Origin: Candidatus Uhrbacteria bacterium GW2011_GWE2_46_68
Lineage (GTDB): Bacteria > Patescibacteriota > Patescibacteriia > UBA9934 > GWF2-40-263
Assembly: GCA_001002765.1 (NCBI GenBank)
Contig: LCMS01000008.1
Span: 1 to 58,028, forward strand
Reading direction: 5' to 3'
DNA length: 58,028 nucleotides
The notes below the pieces were generated by a model. That model worked only from the letters and a program-made list of their open reading frames with translations, had not been told where the DNA came from and ran no database searches. Positions within the stretch are counted from its first letter, which is position 1; the number at the start of each line of letters is the position of its first letter. The translations under genes were made by a program, and so were the position numbers. Below, in pieces: positions 36,133-44,336 of the stretch.

Positions 36133-37701
36133 ACTCTCGCGAGCTTTTCTAAATTCATCTGGCAACTCAGCAAGTTTTACACTACTGGTTGGTTGATATA
36201 CCGGAGTCCCCATCATTCGGCGATTCAATGTTCCATCAGCGGCCGCTTTTACTCTTTCTTCAGCGATATCCAAATACTCTTTCATAATGTCTGATCCATA
36301 TCCTTTGCGATCATGAATGACTGCCGCACAAACTGAGCTTCCTACGCCAAGATAGGGATCAAGTACTGCGTCACCTGGGTTGGTCATGGATAATACTAAT
36401 CGTTCAATAAGCTCTATCGGGAATTGGCACGGGTGATCTGTCTTTTCTGGGTGATTATTTTTTACATTCGGAATATCCCAAACATCTTCGGGATTTTTAC
36501 CTAAAGGGTTACCCGACAAAGTTCCGTATTTTTCGTTTTTCTTAAAATTCTTTTTACCCGGATACTTTTGAGGTACACGTACTGGATCAAGATTAAATGT
36601 GTAGCTATCGCCTTTAGTAAACCAAACGATTGTTTCGTGGCGTCCTGAAAATCGTTTGGTGCAATGTAAGCCATGTCCGAATCGCCAAATAATACGGTTG
36701 CGAAGCTTAAGCCCATACTTTTTGCCGATCTGGTAAATCAACGCATCCAGCGGAAAGACTTCGCCATCTTTAGCAATATGATTCCCAACCTGCCAGCAGA
36801 TGCTTCCATCATCAGACAATATTCGAACGGCTTCTTCAAAGGTTTTTTCTTGCGCGGCGAGATATACATCCAAACTCGTTCGCTTTTCGTATTCTTTTCC
36901 AATGTTGTAAGGTGGCGATGTCACGATAAGTTTTACTGATTTATCTGGAATTGATTTCATCAAATCAAGCCGATCTCCTTGGAATAGGACAACATCTGCT
37001 TCTTTGCTGTATTTATTTGCAATTTTGATTTTTTTGTTTGAGGTAAACAATACACGCTGATCTGTAGTAATTGAAGGCTTTTGTTTCTTTGTATCTTTTT
37101 GTTCGATTTCTTCGCTAGTTTTTACAACATCTAAAACAATCCCCTGAATTGTTAAACGAGAAGGATGAATAAACTTTGGCTGTAAATCGGGATTAGCTGG
37201 CTGTAATCTTATTTGTCCTCTTTCTTTATAATACTTTTTGAGAGTAGCCTCGTTCTCGTCTATCAGAGCAACAATTTTTTGTCCATTTTCAGCAGTCGGT
37301 TGATTTCGCACAATCACCAAGTCTCCGTCATTAATATTTTCGTCAATCATGCTATTACCGGATACACGCAGAGCATAAACTTCCCCCTTGGGAACTTTAA
37401 ATTTAGGAATGGCTATAGTCTCTTTTTCCTGGATTGCCTCGATTGGTTCTCCGGCCGCGATAGTACCCAAAAGGGGAATTTTGACCATTGGATACTTAGA
37501 TGCAACACTGATCGCACGAGCCTTATTTTCTGTTTTTCCTAAATAACCACCTTCTTTGAGTTTTGAGATATGAAAATGAATAGTTGAAACAGAAGCAAGT
37601 TTAAGTCGCTTTCTAATTTCCTCAAAAGAGGGAGAGTATCCTTTCTTTATCGTATAACTTTCTATGAAGTCCAGGACTTCTTTTTGGCGTTTTGTGAGCA
37701 T
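36112..37701 (-). CDS. lexA: LexA repressor fused to a beta-class (N4-C/N6-A) DNA methyltransferase
   Basis: LTKRQ..PS..EI wHTH, IAAG cleavage site, GNSM serine and TLKK lysine; then TSPPY, HPCQFP and DPYLGVGS in the same frame. Confidence 0.9.
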   Translation of the reverse strand: MLTKRQKEVLDFIESYTIKKGYSPSFEEIRKRLKLASVSTIHFHISKLKEGGYLGKTENKARAISVASKYPMVKIPLLGTIAAGEPIEAIQEKETIAIPKFKVPKGEVYALRVSGNSMIDENINDGDLVIVRNQPTAENGQKIVALIDENEATLKKYYKERGQIRLQPANPDLQPKFIHPSRLTIQGIVLDVVKTSEEIEQKDTKKQKPSITTDQRVLFTSNKKIKIANKYSKEADVVLFQGDRLDLMKSIPDKSVKLIVTSPPYNIGKEYEKRTSLDVYLAAQEKTFEEAVRILSDDGSICWQVGNHIAKDGEVFPLDALIYQIGKKYGLKLRNRIIWRFGHGLHCTKRFSGRHETIVWFTKGDSYTFNLDPVRVPQKYPGKKNFKKNEKYGTLSGNPLGKNPEDVWDIPNVKNNHPEKTDHPCQFPIELIERLVLSMTNPGDAVLDPYLGVGSSVCAAVIHDRKGYGSDIMKEYLDIAEERVKAAADGTLNRRMMGTPVYQPTSSVKLAELPDEFRKARESLFGTGS

Positions 37702-37777
37702 ATAGATTGACTTGTTTACTATACGTCTATTATAATAGAACAAAAGTAGAAAATCAAATTTACTTATCCCCACCAAT

Positions 37778-38524
37778 ATGGATAAACAACAATCGAACTC
37801 AGCCGAATTCAAGACACTTATGGAATATGCCAAGGAAATGCACCATAGGTACTTCCGAGCAATTTCAGCTTTCTATGCCTTTGAGGCTCTAAAAGAGGTC
37901 AGAGCACCAAATATCGTTGGTCAGTCAGATGCAGAAGAAAACGCAAAAACAATGGCTAGATACAATGGGCTTTTCACTCCGGCGGAAGAGGCTTTGAGAG
38001 TATATTTTTTCTTAGAACTTGCAAAAATGTTTGATTCGTCAAAACAGGCCTTGCATATCAACAAGATTTTGAATTTTACCGCGAGCAATCTCAAGAAATT
38101 AACAGTTGATGCTTTTAAGGAATACAATCAGAGTCAGCCCCGTGCTTTTCTTGAGACATTGGTTAATGAATATAAAGGGATGGATCACGAGGAGTTGGTT
38201 GTGATAAAAGAAATGCTTAATAAACACGAAACCGTTCTCGAAAAATTGGAAACATATCGAGATAAATGGTTGGCACATGATGATAAAAAGAAGCCGAAGT
38301 TGCCATCCATTACAGGTGAAGAAATAAAAGCCTTATTTGAAGTATTGGCAAAAATGCTAAATACCATAACGGGGCGGCTGAACAGTGAATCATGGACTTA
38401 CTCGCATGTTGAAGGCGATGTAAAACACCACATCCGACTTGTTGTGGATCATCTGCGAAGATTCGAGCCTTACCGCCTAAAGGAGATTGAAGAAAAATAT
38501 CAAATTAAGTCAAAAGAAAGTTAA
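37778..38524 (+). CDS. HEPN-like (AbiU2-like) helical protein
   Basis: RDKWLAH (Rx4-6H) motif with upstream LAKMFD; located in the defence island. Confidence 0.65.
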   Translation: MDKQQSNSAEFKTLMEYAKEMHHRYFRAISAFYAFEALKEVRAPNIVGQSDAEENAKTMARYNGLFTPAEEALRVYFFLELAKMFDSSKQALHINKILNFTASNLKKLTVDAFKEYNQSQPRAFLETLVNEYKGMDHEELVVIKEMLNKHETVLEKLETYRDKWLAHDDKKKPKLPSITGEEIKALFEVLAKMLNTITGRLNSESWTYSHVEGDVKHHIRLVVDHLRRFEPYRLKEIEEKYQIKSKES

Positions 38525-38526
38525 TC

Positions 38527-39156
38527 ATGCAATTATCTAAAGAACAACTAGAAAAACTCAAACTTATTAAGGATTTTAAGATTGCTCTAAAAGACCTTGA
38601 GTTAGTGGTGAAAAATCCTGCACATTTATGGAACGGTCGGGATATGCAAAATTTTAGTCTACGACCTAGAGAAGCATGGGCAAATTGGTTAATCTGCGTT
38701 GTGCTCAGGTACATGCATAAAAGAGATATTACTTTTATGGAGGATGATAAAGGAGATGGATTTATTGTTGATAAGGAAAGAATAGTGATTGTTCCAACTG
38801 AGCATGTTTCTGCCCTAAACATTCCAAAGGGTAAAAAACTTCCATCCGGAGAACAGCGGGTCATTGATGCGATAGATTTAAAGATTGCAAAGGGCATTGA
38901 ATATGCAAAAGATAAACTTCTCGTTGTGTTTTTTGATGGTGCCGGAGAGTTTTACAGAAATAAAATCAGAGAAAACATATTCGGGAGACATGGTTTTGAA
39001 GCAGTGTTTTGTGTTGGTCTTTTAGATTCTAATGAAAGTGGATATTCTTACTCTGTAACAGAGTTTAGAGATTCTTTTGGAGTTCAATCGGTAACTCATA
39101 AAGTCGAAATAAATGGAGATTTTACCGACTGGAAAATTTCTCAAGTGATACGGTAG
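38527..39156 (+). CDS. Hypothetical protein, possible PD-(D/E)xK-like fold
   Basis: 209 aa ORF starting 2 nt after the HEPN-like gene; DGFIVD...TEHV acidic motif. Confidence 0.7.
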   Translation: MQLSKEQLEKLKLIKDFKIALKDLELVVKNPAHLWNGRDMQNFSLRPREAWANWLICVVLRYMHKRDITFMEDDKGDGFIVDKERIVIVPTEHVSALNIPKGKKLPSGEQRVIDAIDLKIAKGIEYAKDKLLVVFFDGAGEFYRNKIRENIFGRHGFEAVFCVGLLDSNESGYSYSVTEFRDSFGVQSVTHKVEINGDFTDWKISQVIR

Positions 39157-39559
39157 TGTAAACAATGACATCTATGGTTGATGTCTAAATGGAATAATCC
39201 ACTACATTTCGCCCCTTATCAGATTTCGGTTTCGGAACCTCAAACCATTCGGGGTGAATTTTGAAGATAGCTCGTAATTCCTGTATAATTGGATCAAGAG
39301 TCCAAATAGTTAGCCGTTTTACTTGATACTTTGGTTCTAACTTGCGGACATCGTGCCCGCCAATTTTCACTTTTTGTAAAATCGTAAGAAACAGCCTCGG
39401 CGCAAAGCGTGGAAGCCTGAAAAGAGAAAGACGGTTTTCCATAACGAATAGAATTCAAATGAGAAGAGTTTTGGGACCGAAAGGTTCCTACTTTTTTAAG
39501 GAAGACATGTGGCAAAGAAAATTTAACACGAGAGCGATTCGATTGACTCAGACAAAAAT

Positions 39560-39967
39560 ATGGCAAAAAAATTTGATTGGGATCGTGTTGGTTTGGATTT
39601 TGGAAATTGGGAAGAAGAAAAGATATGGGCTTTAGATCTCCCTGTTGTTGAGATGGATATCGCGGATTTGATTTGGCATTTTGATGCACCATTTTGGCCG
39701 AGCGATCATGGTGAGCGATGGGCCATAACTCCTTGGGATGTTATTCATGAGAAAGAAGGTACTTTGAATGAACAGAAAAATATGGAACATGCTGATCTAA
39801 AATATCCCATTGATATTTTACAAAATAAAGACAGGTGGCTCATCTTGGATGGAATTCACCGTCTCGCAAAATCATACAAGTTGGGATATTCCAAAGTGAA
39901 TGTCAGAATGATACCTCGAGAGAAACTTTCAGAAATTATTGTAAGCGATTCTATAGAATTGCCTTAG
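39560..39967 (+). CDS. Small ParB/Srx-like domain protein
   Basis: ADLKYPI...ILDGIHRLAK motif. Confidence 0.7.
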   Translation: MAKKFDWDRVGLDFGNWEEEKIWALDLPVVEMDIADLIWHFDAPFWPSDHGERWAITPWDVIHEKEGTLNEQKNMEHADLKYPIDILQNKDRWLILDGIHRLAKSYKLGYSKVNVRMIPREKLSEIIVSDSIELP

Positions 39968-40036
39968 GAACACTTCTCATTTCATTGAGTGATAACAAAA
40001 CAAGACATTTTTATTTTCTACTGACATCTAAAATCG

Positions 40037-40065
40037 TTGACGCACAAAAAAGTTTCCTGTATAAC
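40037..40065 (+). promoter_or_regulatory. Sigma70 promoter of tRNA-fMet
   Basis: TTGACG-N17-TATAAC. Confidence 0.75.
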
Positions 40066-40076
40066 AGAGACACCTT

Positions 40077-40153
40077 AGCGGGGTAGAGCAGCCAGGCAGC
40101 TCGCCGGGCTCATAACCCGGAGGTCGTGGGTTCAAATCCCACCCCCGCAACCA
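40077..40153 (+). tRNA. Initiator tRNA-fMet(CAT)
   Basis: ccggg-ctCATaa-cccgg with three G-C pairs, 1:72 mismatch and CCA. Confidence 0.95.
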
Positions 40154-40191
40154 CGTAAAGACACCAGCTCGTCTGGTGTTTTTACGTTTTT
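40153..40191 (+). terminator. Intrinsic terminator
   Basis: acgtaaagacaccag-ctcgt-ctggtgtttttacgt followed by a T-run. Confidence 0.75.
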
Positions 40192-40237
40192 CCTCTTCTG
40201 CTTCACAACGACATCGGGTATAATAATCGCGTTATCT

Positions 40238-41011
40238 ATGGCGCACATTGTTTCGGTCGTGAATCAAAAAGGAGGTGTGGGGAAAACGACAACGGCTTTA
40301 AATTTGGCCGCTTTTTTAGCAGAAGCCGGAAAGTTTGTGCTAGTGGTGGATTTAGATCCGCAAGCCAATGCCACCTCGGGTCTTGGTATTAATCATCAAG
40401 AACTTTCAGCCGGGACTTACGAGGCGCTTATCGGGAAACATCGCATTCGTGATTTGATTCACAAAACATCTCATGAGGGATTGAAAATTCTTCCGGCAAC
40501 ACAAGCCTTGGCGGGAGCCGCGGTGGAACTGGTTACCGTAGAAGATCGTGAACATTTTTTACGAAAAGCTCTTTTGGAAGTAAAAGGAGATTTTGATTAC
40601 ATTTTTATTGATAACCCACCATCTCTTGGTATCATCACGGTCAACGGATTGGTGGCATCCGATTCAGTTCTTATCCCTGTTCAAGCGGAATATTTTGCAC
40701 TCGAAGGGTTGGGACAGCTCATGGGGACAGTGCAACTTATTCGTGAAAATATTAAACCGGAACTCAATGTGATGGGAGCCGTCATCACTATGTACGACAG
40801 TCGCACGCGTCTCTCTAAGGAAGTATTGGAAGAGTTGTATCGTTATTTTCCAGATAAAATTTTCCGATCTGTGATTCCTCGCAGTGTTCGATTGGCCGAG
40901 GCTCCTTCTTTTGGTAAAACAATTTTAGGATATGATCCCGCATCCAAAGCGGCCAAGGCATATCAACGACTGGCGCGCGAATTTTTATTACGGGAAAATG
41001 AGTGGCTTTAA
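40238..41011 (+). CDS. parA: ParA/Soj ATPase
   Basis: NQKGGVGKTTT, DLDPQANAT, D.PPSLG and EAPSFG motifs. Confidence 0.96.
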   Translation: MAHIVSVVNQKGGVGKTTTALNLAAFLAEAGKFVLVVDLDPQANATSGLGINHQELSAGTYEALIGKHRIRDLIHKTSHEGLKILPATQALAGAAVELVTVEDREHFLRKALLEVKGDFDYIFIDNPPSLGIITVNGLVASDSVLIPVQAEYFALEGLGQLMGTVQLIRENIKPELNVMGAVITMYDSRTRLSKEVLEELYRYFPDKIFRSVIPRSVRLAEAPSFGKTILGYDPASKAAKAYQRLAREFLLRENEWL

Positions 41012-41023
41012 TTGAAGGAGGAT

Positions 41024-41884
41024 ATGCATGTCAAACCCGCATTGGGACGAGGACTTGGATCCTTGATCCCCGGTGTTAAATCAAGCTATATCGAACGTGC
41101 GCTTCCGGATATCCGGCAAGAAGTTTTGCAAGTGGAAGTCGCAAAAATTCATCCCAATCCTCGCCAGCCGCGTCAGCGCTTTTCTCCGGGGGAATTGGAA
41201 GATTTGATCGCCTCCATCAAAGAGCATGGTATTTTACAGCCGCTTATTGTTACGAGAGATGGAGAAGGATATGAGCTCGTTGCCGGAGAACGTCGTTTGC
41301 GCGCATCGCGGACCTTGGGGCTCACTCATGTGCCGGCGATTGTGCGCGAGGCAACCGAACAACAAAAATTGGAATTGGCGCTCATTGAAAATATTCAACG
41401 ACAAGATTTGAATGCTGTGGAAGAAGCCTACGCATACAAGGCGCTTATTGATGAGTTTCAGCTCACCCAAGAAGATGTGGCGCGTCGGGTGGGGAAAAAT
41501 CGTTCGACCGTGGCAAATATTTTGCGCCTTCTTGATCTACCCGAAGAAATTTTACAAGCCGTACAAGAGGGGAGAATAATGAAAAGTCATGCACGGACAT
41601 TGTTGGCTGAAGAAGATCCAAAAAAACAAGATCACTTGTTTCGTCTCATGTTGTCCGGCCACATGACTGTGCGTGAAGTGGAGGAGCGTACAAAGCCACA
41701 AGGAAAAGGGACACCGGCAAAAAAAGTGAAGGACCCCAACATCTTGGCTCATGAGGAACGGTTGCGTGAGATTTTAGGAACCAAGGTGGAAATTTTTGAA
41801 AAGCGCGGGCATGGGAAAGTTTCCGTTCATTTTTATTCGCGCGAGGAATTATTTGAACTTTTGGACAAGCTGAGCGATTTATAA
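41024..41884 (+). CDS. parB: ParB/Spo0J
   Basis: LGRGLGSLI, QPR, AGERRLRA, ENIQR and HTH; AAGGAGG RBS. Confidence 0.96.
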   Translation: MHVKPALGRGLGSLIPGVKSSYIERALPDIRQEVLQVEVAKIHPNPRQPRQRFSPGELEDLIASIKEHGILQPLIVTRDGEGYELVAGERRLRASRTLGLTHVPAIVREATEQQKLELALIENIQRQDLNAVEEAYAYKALIDEFQLTQEDVARRVGKNRSTVANILRLLDLPEEILQAVQEGRIMKSHARTLLAEEDPKKQDHLFRLMLSGHMTVREVEERTKPQGKGTPAKKVKDPNILAHEERLREILGTKVEIFEKRGHGKVSVHFYSREELFELLDKLSDL

Positions 41885-41915
41885 AAGAAGGCCGCCTTTC
41901 ATCGGGCGGCTTTTA
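41883..41915. terminator. Bidirectional terminator
   Basis: aaggccgcct-ttcat-cgggcggcttt between convergent genes. Confidence 0.65.
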
Positions 41916-43430
41916 AGTTGAGCGATGTTTGACGGATTTTTTTGCTTTCTCACGTCCTTGCATCACATGGGTAATCCATCCTTTGACCGTATGGCGGGTG
42001 GCATCACGAATTTTTTGGCGTGCATGACGCGTTTTGCAAAATTTTATCCAATCCGCATTTGGGGCTTTACGATTTTTGTCAGTAAGAATATCGACAATAT
42101 CTCCGGATTTTAACGATGTATCCAAATTGGCCACTGATCCGTTGATTTTGACTGATGCGCATTTGTTTCCGATATCCGTATGAATCGCATAGGCGAAATC
42201 CACAGGCGTGCCGCCTTCCGGAAGCTCGATCACATCTCCCTTGGGAGTAAAAACAAAGATGCGATCTTTGAACACGTCAATCTTCAAGATTTCCAATTGA
42301 TCCAAAAAATCTTTTTTGGTTTCAATTTCTTTTTGAATACCCACAAGTTCCTCGATCCATCGTAATTGTTTACTTGGTTTATTTCCCCCTTCTTTATAGC
42401 GCCAATGGGCGGCAATACCGTATTCGGCGATTTCGTGCATTTCCCGTGTGCGAATTTGGAACTCCACCACCTCTCCGTTTTCGGTAAAAACCGTTGTGTG
42501 CAATGACTGATAACCATTGGGTTTTGGTTGGGCAATATAATCTTTGATGCGACCGGGAACCGGACGCCACTTTTGATGCAATAGGCCAAGTACGGTATAG
42601 CACTCTTCCACATCTTGGAGAACAATGCGCACAGCCAAAAGGTCGTAGATTTTGCTTAAATCTCCTTCATAACGTACGAGCTTTGTGTGAAGACTGTAAA
42701 GACGTTTCACACGACCATAGACCGAGGCACTGGCAATGGCATTTTGCGAAAGGATATCTTCGGTTTGATGAATGATATGACTCACAAAGACCCCCTTTTC
42801 ACGCACCTTCATTTCCACAATGCTGCGCATGTGTTCGTATTCTTTTGGATCCAAATAGGCAAAAGAGGCATCTTCCAATTCTCCTTTGATCTCGTTCATG
42901 CCCAGTCGTCCGGCAATAGGGGCGTAGATTTCGAGTGATTCCTCAGCAATGCGTTTTTGTTTTTTCTTAGGCATGGCATAGAGGGTCTGAAGATTGTGAA
43001 GACGATCGGCGAATTTCATGAAAATGACACGCACATCAGAGGCCACAGCCAAAAACATTTTGCGCATGTTTTCCACATAGCGCTCCACACCTTGGTATTT
43101 CATTTTTTTAAGTTTGGTCACACTATCGACCAAGGTGGCAATGTCATCTCCGAATTGTTGACGAAGGTCATCAAGCGTAATGTCCGTATCTTCTACGACA
43201 TCATGGAGCAGACCCGCAGCAATCACATGAAGGTGCAGTTTCATTTGCGCAAGACGATACGCAACAGCCAGAGGATGGGTAATGACCGGATGACCGGTGA
43301 GACGATATTCATCACGATGCGCGCGTTTTGCCAGTTCAAAAGCGCGTTGGAGTAATTCCAAATCCGGTTGTTTATAATTTTGTTTGACGAGTGTTTCCAA
43401 GTCTTGGTAGGAGTAAACAATCTCGGGCAT
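41913..43430 (-). CDS. RelA/SpoT homolog (HD hydrolase, synthetase, TGS; lacks ACT)
   Basis: LLHDVVED, ADRLHN, KDYIAQPKPNGYQSLHT, EFQIRT and DFAYAIHT motifs. Confidence 0.95.
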   Translation of the reverse strand: MPEIVYSYQDLETLVKQNYKQPDLELLQRAFELAKRAHRDEYRLTGHPVITHPLAVAYRLAQMKLHLHVIAAGLLHDVVEDTDITLDDLRQQFGDDIATLVDSVTKLKKMKYQGVERYVENMRKMFLAVASDVRVIFMKFADRLHNLQTLYAMPKKKQKRIAEESLEIYAPIAGRLGMNEIKGELEDASFAYLDPKEYEHMRSIVEMKVREKGVFVSHIIHQTEDILSQNAIASASVYGRVKRLYSLHTKLVRYEGDLSKIYDLLAVRIVLQDVEECYTVLGLLHQKWRPVPGRIKDYIAQPKPNGYQSLHTTVFTENGEVVEFQIRTREMHEIAEYGIAAHWRYKEGGNKPSKQLRWIEELVGIQKEIETKKDFLDQLEILKIDVFKDRIFVFTPKGDVIELPEGGTPVDFAYAIHTDIGNKCASVKINGSVANLDTSLKSGDIVDILTDKNRKAPNADWIKFCKTRHARQKIRDATRHTVKGWITHVMQGREKAKKSVKHRST

Positions 43431-43545
43431 AATAAAATCAGCGTAATATAGGAACGGCGCTCTGTAAAGGAATTTTTCGTTTTAGAAATTGCGATTCCTT
43501 CTTAAACACGGTACCTTATAGTCATCAGATCATAATTTTTTATGT

Positions 43546-44310
43546 ATGCCTGAGAGCAGAGAAGGGTTTTCCCCACCAGAGAGGACAGATTCATCCACAA
43601 CCGAAAAAAGAAAAGGGCGAGGACGTCGGGATCGCCGAAGAAAAGATCGGGAAAGAAAAGGATCAGCAGGAGGATCGGATACGGAAAAAGTCACCGTGGT
43701 TCCTCGGCCGGGATCAGAAAAACATCCTGGTTCAACCCCGGATGTTTCCTCCACACCACCGGTCACCTCAGGAACAACTTCTTCTCCCGACAGATCTCGA
43801 TCTTCTGGTACGGCAAAACCACCTGACGCAACTAAGACGGACACACGTGCCCCATCGGTTGATACGTCAGACGATGACGATGATGATGGAGACGCTGCGG
43901 TGTCCACACCTTTAGATTCTCCCGCATCACCCACGTCTTCTCTTGATTCGGCCATTCCCGTCAGTGACAAAGATACCCGTGACATTTTTATTCCAGACGG
44001 AGAGGGGGTAGGCGACAAAGCAAAAAAATGGTTTCAAAAAGGTGGAAGAGGATTGGGATTTTTGGGGCTGGGGAGTTTGGGGGTGTTTGCTCATTTGTTC
44101 CGCATCACAGCAAGGACAGCACATCAAGCCTATGACAGCATCCTCTATTTTGCGGAAAAAGCTTTGTATGAGAACAGCGGCGTCAACAAAACGATTCCTT
44201 GGAAATGGTTTGTGAAACCACCGGAGGAACCGGAATATCTCAAAGCAAAAAAACGTTTGGAAGAAATGCAAAAACGCAGTGGAGGTGGGGGAGGAGATAA
44301 AAGAAGATAA
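43546..44310 (+). CDS. Low-complexity Ser/Thr/Asp/Pro-rich protein with one hydrophobic segment
   Basis: 254 aa ORF fills the gap between relA and topA and ends at a terminator. Confidence 0.65.
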   Translation: MPESREGFSPPERTDSSTTEKRKGRGRRDRRRKDRERKGSAGGSDTEKVTVVPRPGSEKHPGSTPDVSSTPPVTSGTTSSPDRSRSSGTAKPPDATKTDTRAPSVDTSDDDDDDGDAAVSTPLDSPASPTSSLDSAIPVSDKDTRDIFIPDGEGVGDKAKKWFQKGGRGLGFLGLGSLGVFAHLFRITARTAHQAYDSILYFAEKALYENSGVNKTIPWKWFVKPPEEPEYLKAKKRLEEMQKRSGGGGGDKRR

Positions 44311-44336
44311 AAAATCAGGGGCAAGCCCCTGATTTT
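44310..44336. terminator. Bidirectional terminator
   Basis: aaaatcagggg-caag-cccctgatttt. Confidence 0.75.

Noticed and set aside
37702-37833. N-terminal extension of the LexA fusion
   Set aside because: It overlaps the divergent gene; LexA homology starts at MLTKRQ (37701)
39185-39692. Small ORFs, or an integrase remnant or att site, in the island
   Set aside because: No recognisable motif, and no duplicated tRNA 3' end found
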